DNA of 29,513 nucleotides. Source: a virus. Lineage: Duplodnaviria > Caudoviricetes. The position numbers and the translations under genes are program-made. The stretch is taken from the IMG/VR virus record IMGVR_UViG_3300033559_000068, positions 1 to 29,513 of that record. One strand, 5' to 3'. A model generated the notes under the pieces. It saw only the letters and a list, made by a program, of their open reading frames with translations, was not told the origin of the DNA and made no database searches. Of the stretch, positions 24,901 to 29,513 are shown in pieces; the first letter of the stretch is position 1; each line of letters starts with the position of its first letter.

Positions 24901-25243
24901 TAACTACCGCCTATATAACGATGGAAAATTAGCACACACCCTTGTGGCGTCTTTAAACATAGCCTCTCTCCCGCCTAGGCAAGTGTATATTACAAGGCGG
25001 CCTGAGCCTGATGGCAAGACGGCTACAGCCAAACAGGGGCCGTCCTTCTTCTATTCCCGCGCAATGTCAGCGTCTGAGCTTGCAGCGATACACTCGCAAG
25101 GACCAACGTATATCCACCCTGCTGATGCTGACCTTATGGCGGCGTACTACTTATCGGAAGGCAGCGGGACAAACACTGTCAATAGCGTCAATGGTCTGTC
25201 GTCTGGGCAGATTTTAGGTGGGGCTACATGGGGATCGCTTTAA
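21968..25243 (+). CDS. Large mosaic adhesin/tail-fibre-like protein: signal peptide, coiled coil, BspA-type LRR (LRR_5), C-terminal LamG/ConA-like domain
   Basis: IxxxAFxxCxxLxxVxxP repeats at about 23340-23790; ATAEQGALADTALQ; WHMIACVF...LYNDGK and FYSRAMSASEL LamG-like motifs. Confidence 0.75.
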   Translation: MMNKIVCNAVVAACVMLLGGLLCLVVNAAQQQLPAEPDIAWSDFIAAVGSRDPMNANHVLEYYTWAIRQDNAWFEQCVAISVDNRFDAWSTNGVSAQTNMTEFVAQYEAFKLEVNASIRQTDSNVSVNNGRVQVLRYDVNQLQNDVTDTRNSVQQLMTETMDSQNALMQMLEQRVNELAARDISIGTDVCRMIDQLRRRHTSAFNFVNARIDELTNSPLSSVVEAGTNATFLSVASAVDQIVSTNGMTVSTNAGQTRYTVTLDHTALPYPVVSGTGSLVKVVATPGEEDTQPTTYEVGLDPSVLEMNAELPLIAVPASTNAADAWKFSLSLDTNWLASVPTNVTSPVQVAGTAGATVTPSEITVNGSTGTLYTVSVSTGWLGGWIGTNIVDDVGVESVSVDGTNPIYVVDGGGADNPTFMVGFNTNWLAAYLSGGYLLSAVDSMDLGVLPDGTAVLNNPAGISPALVIPSVINGVAVTEIPDGFLELNQTITSVSGANIINISASAFSGCENLVSVSFPNARTVGADAFRRCFNLATVDLPEATVIGASCFFDNAVLSSVNIPAVKTLGSYAFSSCSSLKSIALPSVTSIGEGAFLNCWILDEVLWGATNAPAEQSSTFAGGWPGGSNYVTNPTATGWGTTFGGKPVVRLPYALQAPLTVQGTNVMDRFAGLAVSSVVATQVWDRAQYPLALTNAAAFATAEQGALADTALQAETDTLQTITDRGATTTNTITAGAYYVGSTNIGAYATTAYGWGNHATNGYALTSDNSVTWPAAVNVAGPTWTIDYTNLMQRVNFTGTITNMVFQTLTNAQKRLVEVWISNAKSNTYSPDGLWVREPSWTKQNVHAVISWSLGGVSASMDKEMSLDGPTQAGYINVTSDATGLLWSTNGMNGMYADNTYTLITWFNATEFASGNVLMEMRRVGAGADGYDFYTYGTSGSNLLLCWRPFGDALGVAGTFTNLLNGSWHMIACVFNDASNYRLYNDGKLAHTLVASLNIASLPPRQVYITRRPEPDGKTATAKQGPSFFYSRAMSASELAAIHSQGPTYIHPADADLMAAYYLSEGSGTNTVNSVNGLSSGQILGGATWGSL

Positions 25244-25256
25244 AGGAGGTCTGAAG

Positions 25257-25358
25257 ATGACACAGGTTAAAAATGGGTTGCTTGCGGTTCTGGAAGTGGT
25301 TCTGGTCGTTGGCTTAGTGGTTGGCGTTCTTATCGAGTGGGCGATTACGCGCGACTAA
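25257..25358 (+). CDS. 33-aa single-TM peptide (not in the ORF track)
   Basis: RBS AAGGAGG; MTQVKNGLLAVLEVVLVVGLVVGVLIEWAITRD; fills the intergenic gap. Confidence 0.6.
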   Translation: MTQVKNGLLAVLEVVLVVGLVVGVLIEWAITRD

Positions 25359-25370
25359 AGGAGGGTTATT

Positions 25371-25943
25371 ATGTTCGTTAGACTCAAGGATGGTGTAAAG
25401 GTTTGGGAAGGCGACGAGCTGCCTAACCGGATTCTTGATCGGCCAGATGTGCGCAACTACCCGTTGCGTGATGATCTGCACGTACTGGATGGGTTTTATC
25501 CGGCTTCGCTGGTGACGGTTCCTGCCGGGTACGTCCTGCAAAATGAAACTTGGACAGTTGAGAACGGCGTTGCGGTGCAGGACGGCGACCTTCTTACCGA
25601 TGCGGAGGCAGCAGAGTTTGCTGCTAATGCGGCGGCGTTGGCCATTGATCCCGTCGTGGCCGAGAAGTATGCGGCTTTCCACACGCAATGTGCGGCGGCG
25701 ATTGGGGCGGCGATGGCAGCCGGGGCGACCGTGCCGGCGAAGATTTCCTACGAGACGCTGAATGCGATGCTTGATGTGCTTTGCGAGAATCCGGCGACTG
25801 CATCCTTGCAGGATTGGCTGCGGCTGTCGGTGCGACTGGGTAATTCGTGGTCTGCCCTGGTGGTTGCCGATGGCGGCAATTCGGCGATGACGTATGATCG
25901 CATGCCGATTCTTGAGCGGCGGCGGTTGATGGATGGGGCGTAG
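25371..25943 (+). CDS. Hypothetical protein (possible fibre-associated chaperone)
   Basis: RBS AAGGAGG; follows the fibre-like gene. Confidence 0.65.
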   Translation: MFVRLKDGVKVWEGDELPNRILDRPDVRNYPLRDDLHVLDGFYPASLVTVPAGYVLQNETWTVENGVAVQDGDLLTDAEAAEFAANAAALAIDPVVAEKYAAFHTQCAAAIGAAMAAGATVPAKISYETLNAMLDVLCENPATASLQDWLRLSVRLGNSWSALVVADGGNSAMTYDRMPILERRRLMDGA

Positions 25944-25991
25944 GGAATGGGGAGAACTCACACGAAGGCACGAAGACACGAAGGGGGACTT

Positions 25992-26615
25992 ATGAAGCGG
26001 ATGGTTTGGGTATGGGCGATGGGGGCGAAAATGGGGGCGAAATATCTTTCGCCCTTACTGGCGGCGGTGATGGTGCTGGCGGGCTGTTCGGCGGTGAAGC
26101 CTTTGGTGGATGCCGGTTTGGATGCGCGGGCGGCTTATGAGCAGCAGAAGGCGGACGAGAAGGCGGAGAAAGAGCGGTTGCGGCTGGCCGAGGAGCAGGC
26201 GGCGCGGGATCGCGTAGCGGCGGAGGCGGCTGCCAAGGAGGAAGAGGAAGCGAAGCTACGGGCGCAGTATGCCGCCGGGCCGAATACGCTGGAGCATGGG
26301 CGCAGGGGCTTTTTGTGGAAACCGAAGAGTGACAATGACGGCTTTCCCGTGGTGATTATTCCCCCTAGGTTCTCGCACAAGACGCGGCTTGTGATGGTTG
26401 ACGGGCAGCGGTTCAAGGTCTCCGGGAAACCGGCGAATGGATACAGGGAGCATTACCGGATGCGTCGGCATTTCCCCGCGGGGGTGCCCGTCACGGTGGT
26501 GGCCGAGGCGAGCGATGGCGAGGGCGGGCCGGTGTATCGCTGGACATGGGTCGTGGCGGATCCTTCCGTTCGTAATGACTCCAACATCACACCGAGCATG
26601 GAGCGTGTGCAGTGA
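25992..26615 (+). CDS. Putative lipoprotein
   Basis: Lipobox LAGC after a hydrophobic stretch; coiled coil followed by a beta domain. Confidence 0.7.
   Translation: MKRMVWVWAMGAKMGAKYLSPLLAAVMVLAGCSAVKPLVDAGLDARAAYEQQKADEKAEKERLRLAEEQAARDRVAAEAAAKEEEEAKLRAQYAAGPNTLEHGRRGFLWKPKSDNDGFPVVIIPPRFSHKTRLVMVDGQRFKVSGKPANGYREHYRMRRHFPAGVPVTVVAEASDGEGGPVYRWTWVVADPSVRNDSNITPSMERVQ
26035..26058. repeat. REP-like palindrome family A, in frame inside the signal peptide
   Basis: GGGCGAAATATCTTTCGCCCTTAC encodes GAKYLSPL. Confidence 0.7.
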
Positions 26616-26905
26616 CGAAGGTTCTGGATGCCGTCCTGGAGGCGATTACCCACTGGCGGGACCAGCGGAAGCGGCGGAAGCTGGAGGACGAGGCGAGGCG
26701 TAAGGAGGCTGCTATTGAGCGTGCAAGGGAGTTTCTCAAGGACCATAACGCATGGGTGGATGATTTTAACGAGCGCAACCGGATTCTGGCCAGCAACCCG
26801 GAAGCGGCGGAGTTGATGCGGTTGATTCGGGCGTTGGAGGGCCGGGCGATCCGGGGTGCAGGGGAACCGGCGCAGGATCAGGATGCGGGGGAGGGTAAGG
26901 CATGA
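26612..26905 (+). CDS. Hypothetical protein
   Basis: GTGA/ATGA overlaps at both ends. Confidence 0.6.
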   Translation: MTKVLDAVLEAITHWRDQRKRRKLEDEARRKEAAIERAREFLKDHNAWVDDFNERNRILASNPEAAELMRLIRALEGRAIRGAGEPAQDQDAGEGKA

Positions 26906-27447
26906 GCGGGACGGCGGTATCCGGGGAGGCGACGGATGGGTCGGTAGGGGCGAAAAATCTTTCGCCCTTACTGGGCATGGTGCCGATGGCGCATGGGTTT
27001 TATTGTTTTCGTGAGGGGCGGTGGGTGCTTTCGGCGGATGTGGCGATTCGGCGGTATGCGACATCGCGCATGGCGGTGTTGCTGGAGGCTGTGGCGTACC
27101 GCTGCAAGGACGGGCGCGAGGTGATGGCCCCGGTGGGGATGCGGTTCGATGGGGGCAGCAAGCCCGCCGTGACCTGGCCGATCTTCGGGAATCCCTGGGG
27201 GGCGTATCTGGCGGCTTACACGATCCATGACCGTCAGTGCGCGATGGTTGAACAGCGGATTTCCGAGGGCGCGGTTGATCTGAAGGAGGCGCGGAAGCAG
27301 CGCAAGCAGGCCGACAAGGATTTCAAGGAGGGGCTGGAGTGGATTATGCGGTTCCTGCATGAGGATGATGCCGGGGACCGGCTGATTAACCGGCTGAAGT
27401 TCAAGGCGGTGCGGTTGCACGCGTGGTGGACGTTGCGGACTCGGTGA
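26902..27447 (+). CDS. DUF1353-like protein
   Basis: APVGMRFDGGSKP...YLAAYTIHD...ADKDFKE...AVRL pattern. Confidence 0.7.
   Translation: MSGTAVSGEATDGSVGAKNLSPLLGMVPMAHGFYCFREGRWVLSADVAIRRYATSRMAVLLEAVAYRCKDGREVMAPVGMRFDGGSKPAVTWPIFGNPWGAYLAAYTIHDRQCAMVEQRISEGAVDLKEARKQRKQADKDFKEGLEWIMRFLHEDDAGDRLINRLKFKAVRLHAWWTLRTR
26944..26971. repeat. Full-length GTAG-type REP-like element, family A
   Basis: GTAGGGGCGAAAAATCTTTCGCCCTTAC, in frame (VGAKNLSPL). Confidence 0.8.
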
Positions 27448-27497
27448 TAAGGGGCGAGGGTGTTGGCGCGGCAGGCGCGGGTTTGACGCGCGGGGAG

Positions 27498-27521
27498 GGG
27501 CGAAAGATTTTTCGCCCTTAC
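27498..27521. repeat. REP-like palindrome family A
   Basis: Exact consensus, intergenic. Confidence 0.8.
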
Positions 27522-27568
27522 TCTGGATGCGGATACGGGGACGGATGACATACACAGGGGGCGGCGAT

Positions 27569-28030
27569 ATGGGCATGACGGCGTTTGAGAGTGATATGCG
27601 GGCGATGGTGGCGGAGGCGGATATGTCGGAGGCGAAACGGACGCTGGCTCTGGCGTATGTGCGAGATACCGGAAAGCTGGCGAATGGTTCGCGCGGATCC
27701 CTTGAGGCCGTGTGTGATGCGCTTGTTTCGCAGACGCCCCTTTTTCTGGAGATGTATCTGGCAAAGAATCAGAGCGCGGCGGATGTTGACGCGGCGATTT
27801 CGCGGCATCTGGCAGATTGCATGAGTCGGCATGTGGCGGAGGCGACCACGGTTGCACCGGTGATCGAGCATCGGCGCGGGCAGGGTGGCGATGGTCCCAT
27901 GGGGTTGAATTGGCGGCGGTTGGCGCATGACACGATTTCGCGGGCAACGTGGCCGAGTGCGGCGATTATCCTGGGCGCGATGTATCAGGATACGGTTTGC
28001 AAGATCGTGGAAAGGTGGTTGATGAAATGA
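27569..28030 (+). CDS. Hypothetical protein with hydrophobic C-terminus
   Basis: ORF 27527..28030; exact start uncertain; ATGA coupling downstream. Confidence 0.6.
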   Translation: MGMTAFESDMRAMVAEADMSEAKRTLALAYVRDTGKLANGSRGSLEAVCDALVSQTPLFLEMYLAKNQSAADVDAAISRHLADCMSRHVAEATTVAPVIEHRRGQGGDGPMGLNWRRLAHDTISRATWPSAAIILGAMYQDTVCKIVERWLMK

Positions 28031-28671
28031 AGTATTCGGCAATCGTGGATAGCGTGAAGGGGGCTCTGGGGCTTTCCAGTGCGGATGATGCGCGGCTCTT
28101 GCGGGAGTTGAACCTGCTGCGGGCGGATATTGCGGGCCATACGGATTGGCACTTCCTGCGGCGGGTGGATGTGGCGACCTATGCGGCTGGCACGGCCCAT
28201 GTGCTGGATGGTGCGGGGTGCCTGGGCGTGAAGGCAGTCATCGGGACCGGCGGGCTGGTTTATTATCACGGCACGGCGGGGATGCTCCCGACCGGCACGG
28301 GCTTACGGTTCTGGTGCTGGGCGATTCCCGCGGCGGATGAGGTGTTTTCGCGGGCGATACGGCTTTTTGATAAGCAGGGCGTTGAGGTGGTCTCGGAGGC
28401 GGGGTTGACGGTGCTTTACTGGGTGGCCCCGGCGGAGCTTACGGCGCAGACGCTCGCGACGACGGAGGTTGAGTTTCCCGGTAATGCGCCATTCCTGGCC
28501 GGTCTGCATGGGCGGTGGCTGCGGTATCAGGAATTGAAGGCGGAGCAGGCCGGTCCCTTTGAACAGCAGTTTGCGGCGGAATTGGCGGAAATGGCGAAGC
28601 GCAACCCGACCGGGGCACAGCCTCCCGCTTTTATGCGCGGGGGGACGCTGTATTCGACGGCGGATCGGTAG
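28027..28671 (+). CDS. Adaptor / tail tubular-like virion protein (putative)
   Basis: MKYSAIVDSVK...LNLLRADIAGHTDWHFLR N-terminus and helical C-terminus resemble phage adaptors. Confidence 0.55.
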   Translation: MKYSAIVDSVKGALGLSSADDARLLRELNLLRADIAGHTDWHFLRRVDVATYAAGTAHVLDGAGCLGVKAVIGTGGLVYYHGTAGMLPTGTGLRFWCWAIPAADEVFSRAIRLFDKQGVEVVSEAGLTVLYWVAPAELTAQTLATTEVEFPGNAPFLAGLHGRWLRYQELKAEQAGPFEQQFAAELAEMAKRNPTGAQPPAFMRGGTLYSTADR

Positions 28672-28681
28672 GGGATGGGGA

Positions 28682-28721
28682 AGACTGCAGACTACAGACT
28701 GCAGACTAGAGACTGAAGACT
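28682..28721. repeat. Heptamer tandem repeat (AGACTRN)
   Basis: agactgc agactac agactgc agactag agactga agact. Confidence 0.8.
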
Positions 28722-28737
28722 TTTTTGGGGATGACCG

Positions 28738-29513
28738 ATGAATTATTCTGATGGAGAGATGGCACCGCATTTGCTGATGGCGCGGTCGCACCGGTTCGAT
28801 ATGCAGACGGCCCCGACGACGGGCGATGCGGAGATGACGGTGTTCTGGGAGGTCTCGCACAACAAGGTGGCCGAGGCGGTCTCTTTTCTGGATCGGTTCT
28901 CGTGTGGCGATAACTATGTGGCGGCTCCCTCCGTGCAAACCCGGTTGATTGTGAATCCGGTGGTGGATAACGAGGCGTTTTCGGGAAACTGGCGCGTGGT
29001 GAAAAATTGGTTTGACCCCCAGCTTTCCGGCAAGGTGATGCAGACGCGGCGGCGCGGGTATGTGACGACGCTCCTGGATGGGTCCGGCAATGTGAACTGG
29101 AGCGAGGCTCTTTTGGTTAGCGGGCATGATCATCTGGTGTTTGGCGGACAGACGGATGATTATGTGGTGCTTCAATGGCGAAACCTGGCTCCCGGCAGCG
29201 GGCCTGCCCTGGCGGCGCAGTTGGTGGGGAAGGGGGCGGGGACTTCCCCGGACTTCTGGACGGTCTCGTATGGCTCGACCTCGCTGGGGACCGGCTGGCG
29301 GCTGCTTCCCCCGCACCATGAGACGGCGCAGGATGGGAGTGTTTCGGTTTCGGTGGCCTTTGCCAAGCTGGGCGTGACGGTGACGAGCTACAGCAATATC
29401 GGTAGCTTGCGCCCGACCTCTACCGTGCAGGAGGCTTGCACCGAGGATGCTCTTGCGGCCAGGGTGGCGGCACTGAAGGCGACGGCGGGCGTTACGGATG
29501 TTTCCGCCTCGCG
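28738..29513 (+). CDS. Hypothetical virion protein, truncated at window end
   Basis: Open frame from ATG 28738 (MNYSDGEMAPHLLMARSHRFD...) with no stop seen before 29513. Confidence 0.7.
   Translation, partial: MNYSDGEMAPHLLMARSHRFDMQTAPTTGDAEMTVFWEVSHNKVAEAVSFLDRFSCGDNYVAAPSVQTRLIVNPVVDNEAFSGNWRVVKNWFDPQLSGKVMQTRRRGYVTTLLDGSGNVNWSEALLVSGHDHLVFGGQTDDYVVLQWRNLAPGSGPALAAQLVGKGAGTSPDFWTVSYGSTSLGTGWRLLPPHHETAQDGSVSVSVAFAKLGVTVTSYSNIGSLRPTSTVQEACTEDALAARVAALKATAGVTDVSAS

Noticed and set aside
24600-25243. Diversity-generating retroelement target at the fibre tip
   Set aside because: No template/variable repeat pair and no reverse transcriptase in the window
1280-29319. Many long minus-strand ORFs (e.g. 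5399..6922, 11193..12347, 18427..19605)
   Set aside because: Pro/Arg/His-rich shadows of G/T-skewed + strand genes, with no recognisable motifs
1-29513. Integron integrase, phage integrase or RAYT gene
   Set aside because: No ORF shows tyrosine-recombinase (R...HxxR...Y) or HUH/Y1 motifs; any such enzyme must be encoded outside the window

Overview
This window is a contiguous piece of a tailed phage or prophage genome with podovirus-like head genes, and essentially all genes lie on the + strand. Gene order: regulatory/early genes (Cro-like HTH, excisionase-like HTH, wHTH, small hypotheticals), an accessory island, RdgC-like protein, DUF5131 (Gp37/Gp68) protein, replication initiator with an internal origin-like region, DHH phosphoesterase, terminase small and large subunits, portal, scaffold, major capsid, adaptors, two tail-fibre-like proteins with signal-peptide-like N-termini, a lipoprotein, a DUF1353-like protein and further virion genes, the last one truncated. 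A PVC-superphylum host (Kiritimatiellota-like) is a weak inference only. The main observation is at 3097-4727: an integron-type array of four gene cassettes. Three attC sites have the canonical geometry and the fourth is 3 nt short. Each cassette has complementary ends, an attI-like site sits at one end, and there is no integrase in the window. The attC sites point opposite to the genes and are translated, supplying stop codons, start codons and an in-frame fusion linker. The phage also has REP-like palindromes and a stereotyped GGGGGTGTGTGATG start module at many gene junctions, a dif-like site, and a 25-bp inverted repeat framing the putative origin. All calls were made by eye, without database searches.
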